Part shown: positions 51,289 through 64,000 of the stretch, piece by piece | Position numbering within the stretch: position 1 is the first letter of the stretch | Layout of the letters: each line of letters opens with the position of its first letter | Translations under genes and position numbers: made by a program | Notes under the pieces: generated by a model | Told to the model about the DNA's origin: nothing | What the model saw: only the letters and a program-made list of their open reading frames with translations | The model's database searches: none | NCBI RefSeq assembly: GCF_964194155.1 | Contig: NC_135898.1 | Coordinates: 47,554,001 to 47,618,000 of the forward strand | Origin: Cetorhinus maximus | Taxonomy: Eukaryota | Reading direction: 5' to 3' | Length of the DNA: 64,000 nucleotides

Positions 51289-51940
51289 GGGCAGAATTTT
51301 ACGCCTCGCGGGTGGGTGTGCACCCAACCCGATCAGGCATAAAATCACATGAGAAGACAGCGGGTGAGTGTCATGACATCATCATGCACTTGCGGGATAC
51401 TTCGCTCGGTGAACGCGTGCAAAAGCCGGAAGCGCGTCTGCTGACAATTAAGAGGGCAATTAAGCTCATTATCAGCACAATTGACTCCAATTTTTCATTG
51501 CCTGTCCAACCTTATGGTTGGCGGACAGGCGAATCGGCCAGGTGGACTTTGCATTTTTCATCAAACCTCATTCTAGGGCGGGATGAAATTTCCGTGATGA
51601 AATAAAATAAAAATACATTTTTTTGAACAGCATGTTTAGCAGCTATATTTTCAGGTGATTGATTATGATGCATGGACACTTCAGCTTTTAAAAACTTTGA
51701 AGGTCTCCAGCTCCTTGAGGCAGCTGTCTGCCTTCAGGGAGCTTTCTCGTAGCGCTCACCCATGCCCGCGAATAGGTCATCACCCGCCCTCTTCCCGCTC
51801 CCACCCCGACACTCAGCATTTCAGCAATTGGCCAGCCAGCGTCAAATCGCGGTCAGGGGACAATTGCGGGTGGCGGCCCATTTCCTGACCGATCTTGGGC
51901 ATGCCGATCACGTGCACCCACCAAGGGTAAAATTCAGGCC
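51289..51940. mobile_element. Non-autonomous Harbinger (652 bp)
   Basis: GGGCAGAATTTTAC...GTAAAATTCAGGCC with TSD AGA/AGA. The empty site gagacagagttt matches the sister LTR. Confidence 0.88.
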
Positions 51941-52841
51941 AGAGTTTCAATTAGGTCAGAGTTTACTGATGTCTAGCTGGGTTGCTGACAAATTCATTGG
52001 ATCTGTCTTGGGCACATCTGCCATTTATTGTGCAGTGTAGTGTGTTTGCCTGTTAGTTCACATGTACCTCATATTAACCCTGAATGTTAGCATTTGTCAA
52101 TTGTTTTATCTTTCTGACCTTGTATAGTAGAGTTCATTTTTCTTGTTCAAAAACCGTGGAATCTTTTGGCTTTATTTTCTTTGCAAGTGTCTTGGATCTC
52201 AAACTTTGTCTACTTTAAACAAAAGTTACTGGTCCCTAAGCAGATTGTACCAAGTATTTGGGGGTCTGGTGCAGGATCATAAATCCCTCACCCTCGATGC
52301 CCCTCAGAGCCCCCTTATTCCCAAATCCCCCCATGACTCCATGGTCACTTATCTTTAAGAACAAATCCATATCCTCAATTACTGTATTAAAAACATGTTT
52401 AACTTATCACACAGCATTACATGATGACATGTAAAGTTGTCAACACCTTTTGAACTTGCCTGTCAGAAGGTTGCTGACTCCATATTAGTGCTTCCCCATC
52501 GTTCACAACACCTCTGAGCTGGCGTGAACCACGTTGCCTTCAGAAGCCAAGCCCATTCTATCAGAATTGGAGCGGAGGGGGCGCTGTTGGTTTTTAAAAT
52601 ACCGACACCCACAATGGAACCGGCAAGGTTGGGACTGCTGCTTGCAGGGTCATGGCCCACCCAGTTTCCCATGTCACTCAAAATCTATGCTAAAAGGAAC
52701 TTAAAGGAATAGGGGCTGGACTTCCACGCAAGGGACCCACCCACCTCTTTCCTCACCCAGTCAACGCGGGTGGGACAATCCAGCCTACGGTCTTTTGGAC
52801 AAGACTTTAAACTGAGCCCCTGTCTGTCCCCTCGGATGTAT

Positions 52842-54162
52842 TGTTACGATCCTTGGCCAGACCCCCAAATTGTTGGTAAGATCTGGTTAGGGACCAATAA
52901 CGTTTTGTGTTCACTAGACAAAGTTTGAGATTCAAAACACTTGCTCAGTGAATAAAGCCACATGATTCCATGGGTTTTGAACAGACAAAAATAAACTTTA
53001 CTATACAAGGTCAGAAAGATAAAACAATTTACAAGATCTATCTTATACTCTAACATTCAGGGTTAAAATGAGGTACATGTGAATTAACAAGCCAACTGTG
53101 GCCGAACACACCACACCACACAATAAATGGCAGATGCGACCAAAACAGATTCCACGGATTTCAAAACAACCCACCCAGACTTTAGTAACGCTACAAGTCA
53201 ACCAGTCTCACAAACTCTGTCTCTCTCACAAGGGTTTCCAATCTTCACCTTCAAAGATCTGGCGTTGGAGTTCTCTCCACAAGTTGCTCCAACTTGGGCA
53301 GCTTCAATGATGGCCCATCCCGCAGGGTTACAATCTTGCCTCCCGAGATTCTTTTCCCCTGGATTTCAGAGTCTGTACTCAAACGCCAACTTCCAAGCAC
53401 AACTCCAGCTCTTGCCAAGCTGTGCCAAGCTGGACACTACTGCTCCAAAGGGGTACCTTTGCCCCCGTTGCCTGCAACGCGGAGTCACCAGCTTTCTGCT
53501 GCCTTCTTGGGTCTTCAGGGCTGCGCCCTCTTCAATTACCAGACTCAGATGAGATCAACAATGGCCCACCTCGCAGGCGCTCAATCTCGTCTCCAAGATT
53601 CCACTCCCCAGGATTCCCGAGCAAAAATTCAAACGCCAAATTACGGACACAACTTCAGATCTTCGGCCATGCTGAGCAGAACCCTGCTGCTCCAAAGGGT
53701 AATGGGGTATCTTTGCCCCAACAACCTGCAGCAATTATCCGGGTTTCTCCTGATCCCTCTTTACTTAAAGTCTGCTCCCTGCAGCCCTCTCTCTAATTTG
53801 GAGCCGGTTTCTCTGCTCCACCTTTCTTCGTTAATTTAACTGGAGCCTATTTCTGTCCCGTCTTTCTCCCTTACCTGGGATTTCCTTTTGAGACCTCTCC
53901 CGGTCTTCCTCCCTTTTCCCCTGTCTGGGACACTTGCTGGCTATGGCACTTCACACCCGGTCACCTGACCCAGGTTTTCGCACCGTTTTTCCTTCGCACT
54001 AGCGTACTTGGACAGTCCTCAGTCCAAAGAATTTTAAGCTGCAGCTCTGCACACGTGCAGCCCACTCCCAGTCTGCACATTTGCAGAAGCTCCAAAGGTG
54101 GTCAGGACTTGGACTTCCCAACCTCTGTTCCCGATGAGCAGGTAAGTGTGGCTTTCATAACA
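52842..54162 (-). mobile_element. Solo LTR (1321 bp) inserted in a Deu-like SINE
   Basis: TGTTACG...CATAACA termini and near-TSD GTAT/ATAT. SINE halves at 52790-52841 and 54163-54430 rejoin. Confidence 0.8.
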
Positions 54163-54430
54163 ATATGTAAAAGATCTCATGGCATTACTTCGAAGAAGAA
54201 TTGGGAAGTTTTCACCAGTGTCCTAGGCAATATTTATCCTCGTATCAACATCATGAAAACCAATCATCAGGTTATTATCGCATTACTGTTTGTGAGACAA
54301 TGCTGTGTGGAGACACACTGCCACATTATAACTATGACTATACTTCAAAATTACTTTGTTGGTTGTTCAGTGGTTTGGGACATCTTGAGTTTGTGAAAGG
54401 CATTATAAATGTAAGTCTATTAGTTCTTTA
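54163..54430 (+). mobile_element. Deu-like SINE 3' half
   Basis: gtaaaagatctcatggcattacttcgaagaag...gtgtcctaggcaatatttatcc, then the tail ttataaatgtaagt. Confidence 0.75.
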
Positions 54431-54761
54431 AGTGAACAGCAATTAGGAAACCCTTGGGGCGAGTGAACTAATTCTGATGCCTTGAGTGCTATTCCTCTTG
54501 AGATGCGTTAATTCAGCACAGACTAAGGACGAAACTCAAAATCTTTCTCGACTATAAGAATTGAAGCTCATGCAGCCATCAGGCACTGCAGTTTAAGTAA
54601 ATTATTATATATTCAAATTACGATACGACCCCCACCCACTCACCTCCAGCAACCACCCCATCCTCACCTGGTTTGACTGATAACAATTGCGATATTAGCT
54701 CCCTCACACTCTATCGAAATAGTGCAGCACAGTGTATTCAGTTCTGTTTCACAAACGTTAC

Positions 54762-54850
54762 TCCTTGACTCAAAACATTAACTCCATTTTTCTCTCCACA
54801 GATGCTGCCAGACTTGCTGAGTATTTCCAACCATTTTGGGTTTTATTTAC
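54762..54850 (+). mobile_element. Penelope-like terminal repeat fragment
   Basis: gactcaaaacattaactc...cagatgctgccagacttgctgagtatttcc is homologous to 41005-41100. Confidence 0.6.
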
Positions 54851-56128
54851 CCTTTGGGTGTTGGCCTTGTGTTGGAGAAATTTCACTATGTCAAATAACT
54901 GCGAGGAAAATAGAGATGAAAAGTAACAGCACTGGGTTATCCTTTTGTGTGTCTCGCCCCAGGCTACACTCCACTGCATGTTTAAAATATAAATCATAAA
55001 GTAAGTAAAACACTGCATTATTAATGCCAGAGTGAAAAGGTTTATTTATTTGTGAAAAAGCCTATTGCAAATCCCATGGATCTTTGGGCCATTATTTCTG
55101 ACATGTGAAAATAGCTCCCATAATGCATGGTCAATGAGGCAATACGTGACATTACTTTGTGGAACCAACTCCACACAACCACCTACTCTCTCAATCATTT
55201 CATTAGCTTCTGTGTTTACAATGCTACAAAGATGACAAAAGAGAAACTGATACACTTTCTCTGTGCAAAATGCAGGACAAATCCTTCAAATATATTCCTA
55301 CTTTATTAACAGCGGAGCTTGCGCTGTGTCAACAAGTACAATGTACTGCAGTGTAATCACATTCCTCAGATTTGTGGTTATTTAATTCTTAAATAGAGTT
55401 AGTGCAGAGGGAGTGATTAAAGCAAGGGAACACTTCATCCTCACCGCCTTGGGAGACATTTTGGGGCTGAAAATCCAGCTGTCGAAATCCTAATACAGAT
55501 TGCGCCCTCCAGTATCCTAGACCACTGTATCCATCCAACACTCTTGAATATACTGACCTGCATGGGCACATTGGATCCCAGTCTCAATGAAGGATTGGGA
55601 TCTCCCAGTGCAGGGGGTCTCAGCTTCTGCTTCTATCCCATAATCATAAGTTGCCACGTAAGGGTCACTTCCACCCAATATAAGACAACCGAAAAATTCC
55701 TGACAAAATGGAGATCAGGCCTTTACCTTCATTCCACTGGCCTCCCAGCAGACTTATAGTGACATACTGACTGAAGCCCTGAAGAATTTTAGGGTTTTTG
55801 TTTATTACAAGAGGCGTGTGCAATAATAAAAGCTCCAGGGCAGAAATAAGCATGAAAGGTTGTGATCAAGACCAGAATAGGGTCAACAAAACCAAAATTG
55901 TGCCATAGTGTGAGGCCCCTCTAAAGTAACTACACATCTGTCTCACTAAAGTTACCTTGTCACAACAGAAAGATTTATAAAAACTGTTCCAGTATTTAAT
56001 TCTGTAGCTTTCCCATTCTCATTAACTATAGCTACCCCAAACAATACACATTTATCCAACAGAGAGGCTGAGATTTGATCCCACGCCTCAATAACCTGAC
56101 TTCAAAGAGTGTGCAAGTGTTAAACTCC

Positions 56129-56332
56129 TGATAACCAGTTGGTGAAGGGTGAAACCAGAGCCAATCTTTATCCAGTTTAGACTTATTCACAGAGTGAAAC
56201 ATTATAAGTATACATCGCCTAACTCAACCCTCACCCCAGTGTTAGTAAGTGTATCTTTATATGTGCTCAAGTAACAACCCAACCAATGTCCTCCATCTGC
56301 ATACAGTTAACCACAATTGATATAAATTAACA
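56129..56332 (-). mobile_element. Possible short solo LTR
   Basis: TGATAA...TTAACA termini, about 200 bp. Confidence 0.3.
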
Positions 56333-59299
56333 GCAAGAACAGCTCATAGTGATACAAGAGGTCATTTACAAAGTGTTGTGGCTGAATTCTCAGTGTGTGT
56401 TCCTAAGCCAGAAACATGATTTAGTAAAATTAAGAGAAAAGTCTAGCTCTTGCCTGCTTGCTTCCCTAACACGCTGACTGAGATTGGTAGGTTTCTACAT
56501 TTTTATATTTGTTCTCAAGAAGTGAGCAACACTGTAAAGGCTGGCATGTGTTGTCCATTTCTAAATTACCCTGAGAAGGTAGTGGTAGAATTTGATTCCA
56601 CTTAATTTGTCGAAGTTTTATATTAGCCAGCACAGCTAAAAGCAGACCAGCTGTAGGCAGCCCAGGTAATCACAGCCAATTGCAACACAATCACATTATC
56701 AACATCATAAAATGCTGCACGAGAAATACTGCATTATGTAAACTACAAATGCATTAAAGGTTTTGGCTTCCTGAGAAATTAACACTATTCACTTAAAGTG
56801 TTAAAGGATGTAAAGATTTATGACCCAAATCCTCAGTCATAACAGGTCTAACTGCAAAAATCTCCACAGACAAATGTCATAGAAGTGATACAGAGTAGTC
56901 CCATATTAGGTAATTTCCCTACCCTACCTACTACCCAGCTCCTCCCTGCAATGTTGAGTGACAAGGTTACTTATTAAATTGCAGGGACTGCACTACTGAA
57001 TTCTGTACCATCATAGCTGCTGTTTGCTTTCACTTTAATAAACTCAAGAGAATTCTACCTAAGTATTATTTGCAACCATACTGCAGTGGTTCTTTTAGCA
57101 CGTGATTAATTTTTTAAAATTGGAAAAAAATTCAACTTCTTAATTTTCTTCAACATCAAATAAAAATACAAGTTTAATTGTTTAATAAGCTGACCTATAC
57201 TGCAGGGTCTTGTGTGGCCAGAAGCATTATTTTCACCTTAAAGGGGTATTATCTTCACAAAAAACCTTTGGCCAAAAGTTTGGGAAGGAGTCAGGAAAAG
57301 TCACACATGATTTCCATCATGATGAGATCACACAAAAGTGTTGCATTTAGTGTGACATATCCCACTGCACCATCAATTTAAACAAATGTAAAAGGTTTGC
57401 CAATGCTTTCTTTCCCCAAAACAGCGCCCTTAAAGAATGTGCTGGGATACAAACTGCCACAAACACTACTGTTTGAACTTATTTCCAGCAAATGTGAACA
57501 AGATCTTAATACCACTGACTCTTTTAGTATAGTGTACAGTTAAACTAAAAAAGAACAGACTCAGAAGATTAGCGCTGAGGTAACAATTCAACTTTGTAAC
57601 AATCCAAAGCCAGAAAGTTTTTAAAAGATGCGATCACTCTCTAAGACTACACCAAATGTGATTAAACAAAGTGCCCCCATGGAGAATCGGCAGAATAAAC
57701 CACAGAGCCTTTGGGTAATTGTTCCACTCAAAAGGGATTGCGAGAAAGAAATCACTTACTTACATCCCACATGACTGTTGTGTGAAAAGTCAGTTTCCTG
57801 AACTCTGCCTGACACAGACTGACGGCTACAAATACTAATTATAACAAAGACTGACCTTTAACCCGAATGATTTATGCACTAGCAAAATAAAACCCTACAA
57901 ACCATTAGGACCAGATTCCTGTCAATTATAACAAGAGAAGGTGGGGGGGTGGATTGGGGGAAGGGAGGGGGGTGGGGAGGGCATCACATTACCATTGTTA
58001 ACTCTCACTGAATCATTTAATAGAAACCACTTTGAACACCTCTCAGTCCCTACTCAAAAGCACGCCCAGTACTTCAATTACAGCTTCAAAATATTTTTAA
58101 ATTTGGTTTTCAACAGCAGAAGATGCTCTCAAAGCCACATTTACCTTAGCTGTTTCATCCTTGGTGTTTGAATCAGAAAGTGATTGAATACCCTGTTCTG
58201 AAAGTTAGTTCACATATTGCATCTTCCTGTTTAAGCTATGCTCTGGTTTGGGAGAAAGGGAGCGGGAACAGCATATCTCTCCAGTCGCAAACATCTGCAA
58301 ACAATCAACTATAGCACAGCTGTCCAAAACACCCCTCCCCCATCCCCCTCAAATAATTCAACTTTCTGCTTTTTTGATTTTGCATGAAATAGCACATCTA
58401 TTAAACATGCAGTAAATAAATTCGGGAGACATTACGATCAAGCTCTACACACACTACAGTTAAGTCCAAAGGGAAGCTCACAACCCCAAGATAAATTAAT
58501 AAAGTTTCCAGTGCATGCTTACACAAAAAAATGCACATCATCCATATAGCGAATCATTCAGGAACATAATTGAGCATCAGTTATGGAAATTTCTCTACCC
58601 ACCCCGCCAGATAAATGGGAATGGGGGGGCGGGGGGGGTGGAGGTGGATGTAAGGGTGGGGAGAGATGGATGGGAAAAAGCTCATCCTTATGATTTAGAT
58701 GGGCTGCAGTGCAGATAAGTTCAAGTCCACTATAAGAAGTGTTGCAGCTTTTCCATCTGAGCTCAGAGTAAGCTCAAAGCGTCAGTTTGCTCCTGAACCT
58801 CTTCCATTTGGAACATTGACAGAAGAAATGAAGCACATAAATTGAAAAGTATGTTCAGGGTTGGGGGGCAGGGGCCAGAGAGAATTACAAGATATTGGAG
58901 CAGTGTGTTTGAATCATTTTTCAATGACTTTCCACAGCAGATTCATCAGGAGTGAAATAATTAATTACATGCAGCAGCTAATTAGTTGACAAAATTTTCA
59001 GAGTTTAAAGATTGATATTCCTTTGCCCACCGGGGTAGTAGCTGAAAATTCAGAGCCCAGCAGAATAATCTTGAAATAAAGTATTTTTGGGGAAAGAAGT
59101 TCCCTTTTTGTCCAGCTTAAAGTGACTGTGCAAAAGACCTCAAATAAAGAGTGAACTTTATTTCTGAACATGACTTGAACATGTTGTTCACTTCTGACAG
59201 CCCAAACCATACTTTGATCCACAGCTCACAAGTTAGCTCTTAGCGCTGTACAAAATCAAAACTCACCCAGATCAGATTTTTGTAATGTGCGTGTGACCA

Positions 59300-59500
59300 G
59301 TATGAGAAAAGATCATCAGGACATCACTTCACAACCAATGGATTGCTTTGAAGTGCAGTCACTGTTGTTTGTAGGCAATTGATTGAGGGTGAAATGTTGG
59401 CCAGGACACCAGGAAAACCTCCTTTTCTCTTCAAATAGTGCCAGGGAATCTTCTACATCTATCTGAACAGGCTAGGTTTAGGATCTCATCTGTCAGATGC
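59300..59500 (-). mobile_element. Deu-like SINE fragment
   Basis: atgttggccaggacaccaggaaaacctcc..cttcaaatagtgccagggaatctt is the reverse complement of the Deu core. Confidence 0.6.
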
Positions 59501-60489
59501 TTTGAATTTTTAAACACAAATTAAAAAACAACTGCAACATAGAAGAGTCAAACCTGAAGTTCGGGGAAATTAGGGGCCTGAAAATACAGTAGCATCTCCT
59601 TAGCCCAAGCAACACAGTTTGAATGTGGAATGAATGTTACACTGGTCCAGCCTACGAGGTTGAGAGGGGGTTACAGATGCTAGGCAAGTCTTCACCTCCT
59701 AACCATACCTAGGCTATGGCTACTGCCACCATTCTACACAATGAAACACTTTATCATTCACTATACCAAGGCCTGCACTAAACAGGTTCCCAGAATCTGA
59801 AGGGGGTAACAGCTGAATGCCTGAATGGACATTGCTGACCCCACATCTAATTCCCTTTGCCCTCATCATTCTGCTCCACTATTAACAACGGTGTCATACT
59901 AGCTAATCAGCATCAATTATTTAGCAAGCACTTATTCGGGACTTTCTGGCCCCAACATCAATGGGCATCATCGCCGGCAGGATGGGAAAATTTGGAGAGC
60001 TGCTGACTTTTAACAACTCTCCAAGTTTTCCTGTCCCACCCGCGATGATGCCCGCTGGCGTTGGAGCCGGAAAATTCCACCCTTTGTGTGAGCAACCAAG
60101 AAAATGGTTAAATACAGAGATCTTAAGGTGCCGGGTACTCTTACTGGCCGTGTAAGTGGGTGACATCCATATCAAACAGAATAACCAAATGTGGTCTCTT
60201 GAAGACTCACTTATGAATTCAAATACCCCTTTGCACCACTCATGTTAAGCTTATTTATTTGAATTTTTCAAAGAAGAATGGACTATTTGGCAAAAGTGAA
60301 ATATAAGTAGAAAATACTATGTCCCAGTTTAATTTTCTTTACGCATATCTTAAACTTCTTGCATGAGCTAAGAACAACCATTTCTTTCTGAGGACAACTA
60401 CTGACAGCTACAAGTCTCTGGTTTACGGTCGTTACATTATTAACACTTATTTATGTGTTAACCAAAGAAGATAGATTGTTCCCCAAATT

Positions 60490-62250
60490 CTGCAAAGCAT
60501 CCAAGGTTGCAGAGATTTTGGGGTCAGTATGGCAAACGTATTTGATAAGTTAGAGACACCAAGGACTAAAAGCTGGTGGGCCATGGAGGTGGAGGAAATA
60601 TGTCAGGTATTGCCCATCACTGGAAGAATTGCTAGCACTGGCAAAGTTCCTCAGGAGTGGGAATAAGTAAACATTGCACTTATGTTTCAAAGAACCATAA
60701 ATTTGACCTAGACAAGAAAAAAACAATTACCCTGAAAGCAACAGCAGGTAAAATGATAGAAACCATTTAACAGGCTTTTTAAATGTCAGCAGGTGCAGTG
60801 CCGACTCCGGCGCGCCTGCCGATTGAACTATCGCGCGGCTGCACATTGACATCGGGTCATTTCACTTCTGAGCATGTCAGGTGCGCGTGTGCCTGTCCGC
60901 CAAATGAAGATTTCTGCCCATAGAAGGGCAACATATTTTACGCACATACAATTATATGAATTCGGAGCAGTAGGTGGCCATTCGGCCCCTCGAGCCTGCT
61001 CCACCATTTGTTACGGTCACGGTTGATCTGATTGTGGCCTCGACCCCCACATTTCCGCCTACCCCCAATATCCTTTAACTCCCTTGTTAGTCAAGAATCT
61101 ATCCACCTCTGCCTTAAAAATATTCACTAACTCTGCTTCCACTGCTCTCAGGGGAAGAGAGTTCCAAAGACTCACAACCCTCAGAAAAAAATTCTCATCT
61201 CCATCTTAAATGGGAGAGCCCTTATTTTTAAACTGTGTTCCCTAGTTCTTGTCTTTCCCACAAGGGGGAACATCCTTTCAGCATCCACCCTGTCAGTTCC
61301 TCTCTGGATCTTATATATTTCAATAAGATCACCTCTCATTCTTCTAAACGCCGATGGATACAGGCCCAACCTGTCCAACATTTCCCTATAACTTAACCCT
61401 CACCATCTTATCTTTTCAGACAGATTTTGATTAGTTAAGCAATTAGATAGAAAAATGACAAATGTAATTGTAGATAAATGTAAAGCCTTGCTCAATTGTT
61501 GAAAAGATGCATCACAAACACATCACGAACAGTTTTGGGAAAATGTTTGGCATAAATACAGAACTAACACAATTGAATTATTAGGGTTTTTAGAAATGGT
61601 CCTAAGAGAAACAGACCCATTAGCATCTAGACAATGTAATAATTTACTAAAAAAATTAGTAGAATGCTGAGATATATAGCTAAAACTATAGAATAAAAAT
61701 CTTCACGAATTATTCTAAGGATTTACTATGCACTGAACAGATGCCATTTACATTGTGTTGATCTCTGACTATCACACCAAAAACAAAAGAGACCTACATC
61801 TGCATTAGAAAAGGTTTACCAGAGAATAGGCCAAAGAAATTAGTCCAAGTCTAAAGGGCATGAGCTATGTGGGAAGATTAGCTAAGAGCATGTTTTATAA
61901 TCCGGAGTGAAGGTGGTTGAAGTGGAGAGAACACCATTAGGTACATGAGTATTAAAATGGAATAGATAAGATTAAACCCCCAAATTATTTCAAAACAACT
62001 CAGGAAACTAGGGCCCCAAAAATGTATTTCTTAATTACTAAAGAGAAATTTTTAAACAGATATCAGGAAAATATACTTGAAATGATCTGCTAGTGCGGTA
62101 GTGGAGACAAAACCTTGTTCACGTTCAAAATGCAGTCAGGCTCTATAATAAGACAATTATGGATTTCAAGGGGGAAAAAAATGGCCTTTTCTCAACCTCA
62201 ACCTTTTTCACCTGCGAGTTGTTCAAATTGAATCCATGCAGTCAGAGCAT
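60490..62250 (+). mobile_element. Old, highly degraded CR1 interrupted by a MITE fragment (about 60770-60919) and a younger CR1
   Basis: GKVPQEW, DKCKAL and 3' ORF2-like remnants. The MITE end is ATTTCTGCCC at 60919. Confidence 0.5.
60943..61412 (-). mobile_element. CR1 LINE 3' fragment
   Basis: LDRLGLYPSAFRRMRGDLIEIYKI..DRVDAERMFPLVG and the 3' UTR ctcgaggggccgaatggcc. Confidence 0.9.
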
Positions 62251-62493
62251 TGTGATTTACTCTTGTACAGATTTAGAACATGTTATAATGGCAAATGGCA
62301 CTGGACTTCTAAATGGATGTGATTTCTATTTGCCAGGACTAATGAGATATCACACCAATTAGGCAATTTTTTTTTCCAGAGGTGTTAGTCAATCATGCTC
62401 CTCTCCAGACCAGGATCCAAGGTTAGCCCAGTAGCCGGTGACATTCTTATAAGAACGTCTATAGCAAGAGGTGTGAGGCAGTGGAAATTGGGC

Positions 62494-62839
62494 CGTAATT
62501 ATAAATAAGGAAGGAAATATCTATAGGGAATGATTGATAGGCCACCAGCTCTCAGCTTAAGAGAGGGCTTGGGGAACATTAAAGAGGATGATAAATTATA
62601 CATGCTTCTTTGTGGTGGAATACTGCCTCCTTTTAATTGTATACTAATTGTATTTAATTGTTTGCAGTTGGTGGCATTAACTGGTGATTCACTTGTGCCT
62701 TATAAATAAGAATAGACTGAAACTACGGTTGTTTATGCATGCTTGGAATGTGCATCTCTTGTAAATAAACGTTTATAAAAATTATGTAAAGATTGGCTCC
62801 AGTTCTATCCTTCACTACCTAGCTTTCTGGGGTATAACA
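62494..62839 (+). mobile_element. Probable short solo LTR
   Basis: TATAAA at about 62701, AATAAA at about 62764, and a TATAACA end. The 5' end is approximate. Confidence 0.4.
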
Positions 62840-64000
62840 CTCACATCAGTATACATACAGAACACTTTTCTTATCTGATCCAATTACATTTTGGCTGTTA
62901 AAGAACTAACTTATAAAGGTAACTGTTGTGACGTTACTTTAACAGTTCAATCGCCATTGCTTACCATATTTAAAGTTTGTATTGATTCTATTCAACCAGC
63001 TGTAGTTAATTTATTTGCTGCGATATGGACGGACCCTAACTGTTTGCTTCATGAAAGTGAGGCTAATGTTCAGATAGAAATAGCTTAGAATGACAATAAA
63101 TGCCATGTAAACTACTGGCTGAAGGTAAAGTTTAGAACCAAACTCTTTATGAGGCTTAAGTTTTGACATTAATTGGGTGAGGATTTACTCAATGATTTAT
63201 CACTTTGATGAAGAGTCACACTGAAGAGGGAGAATATAAATGCAGATCCAACACATGACAATAAGGCAATTTACACAAAAGGAGAAAAATATATCATAAG
63301 AAATATGAGAAGTGCCATAAAAAATGATTAAATATGTCACATGAAAGCATTGCCTAATCAGGCCAAGAGCTGGTTTCTTGAAGTGATCACCGGGAATGTT
63401 GCAAATCCATTCATCATGGTGACTCTATTGGTTACAGTCTCCCTTCACTGCATGACACCACGGCACCCAGTGGACGGCACTTTCAAAGTCCATTTCCCAG
63501 GACACTGTCTACCCGCGAGAGAGAGAAATGAGGTCGTGCGAGATGTGAAAATGATTTGGTGCTCAGATGTTGCATGTACCATAATATTGCGTGTTTGGCA
63601 TCCCAAGGAATGTCAAGCATGTGATTGTAGCTCAATTAAAGCAGTTAGTTACTCTGTCACCTGGGACCAACCACTGCAAAAACACACATAAAAAGAAGAA
63701 TTTGTTAACACACAGTCAGTCCAATCTCTGTTGGTATTTAGTGACTTGCCAATGACCCTTTGTTAGCTTTGGTGCACATTTATAACTAAAGCACAGAAAT
63801 ATCGACCTGATGCAAATAACTAGGGGATTCACTGATACAAGCAAATATTGGGGGTTTCTTTGGTTTTTAGTACTAACATAAATGAGGAACCCATCCAGGT
63901 TATTAATTCTTCACAGATTAGTAAGTTGTTACTTTTGCTTCTGTTCATAGGGCTTCTTTCTACTCTCCAACACTGACCTATAAAAAATTATTTGTTTCTC

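Larger units (their letters stand above)
49548..52282 (+). mobile_element. Solo LTR interrupted by a CR1 and a Harbinger MITE
   Basis: Segments about 49550-49880, 51010-51288 and 51941-52282 are homologous to the reverse complement of 52842-54162. It sits inside a MITE-like element (about 49300-52690). Confidence 0.6.

Noticed and set aside
58145-58294. Possible minus-strand exon (TTTGCAG acceptor, AAG|GTAAAT donor)
   Set aside because: There are stops in all three frames and the polypyrimidine tract is weak. It could be a UTR exon, but this cannot be supported without RNA data.

Overview
Repeat-dominated, intron- or intergenic-like vertebrate DNA. The repeat set (CR1, Deu-domain SINEs, GGGCAGAATTTT-ended Harbingers, Penelope-like terminal repeats) suggests a cartilaginous fish; this is an inference. 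No intact host gene is evident, and almost all listed ORFs are transposon debris or chance. Main contents: a full-span 4.1-kb PIF/Harbinger (three-exon Myb/SANT gene plus internally deleted transposase) inside a CR1; a second, left-truncated Harbinger; many Harbinger MITEs; CR1 and RTE LINEs; tRNA-derived SINEs; solo LTRs; a U6 fragment; and two local inverted duplications. The standout is a decayed two-LTR Gypsy-like element (36185-41594, minus strand) with no protease, RT or integrase core. Its interior reads as a gag-like N-terminus, then an intronless, diverged copy of the N-terminal coiled coil of the nuclear-basket nucleoporin TPR, then a pol-like C-terminal tail. This looks like capture of a nucleoporin mRNA fragment by an LTR retrotransposon. 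All family and protein assignments are from recalled sequences and need database confirmation.
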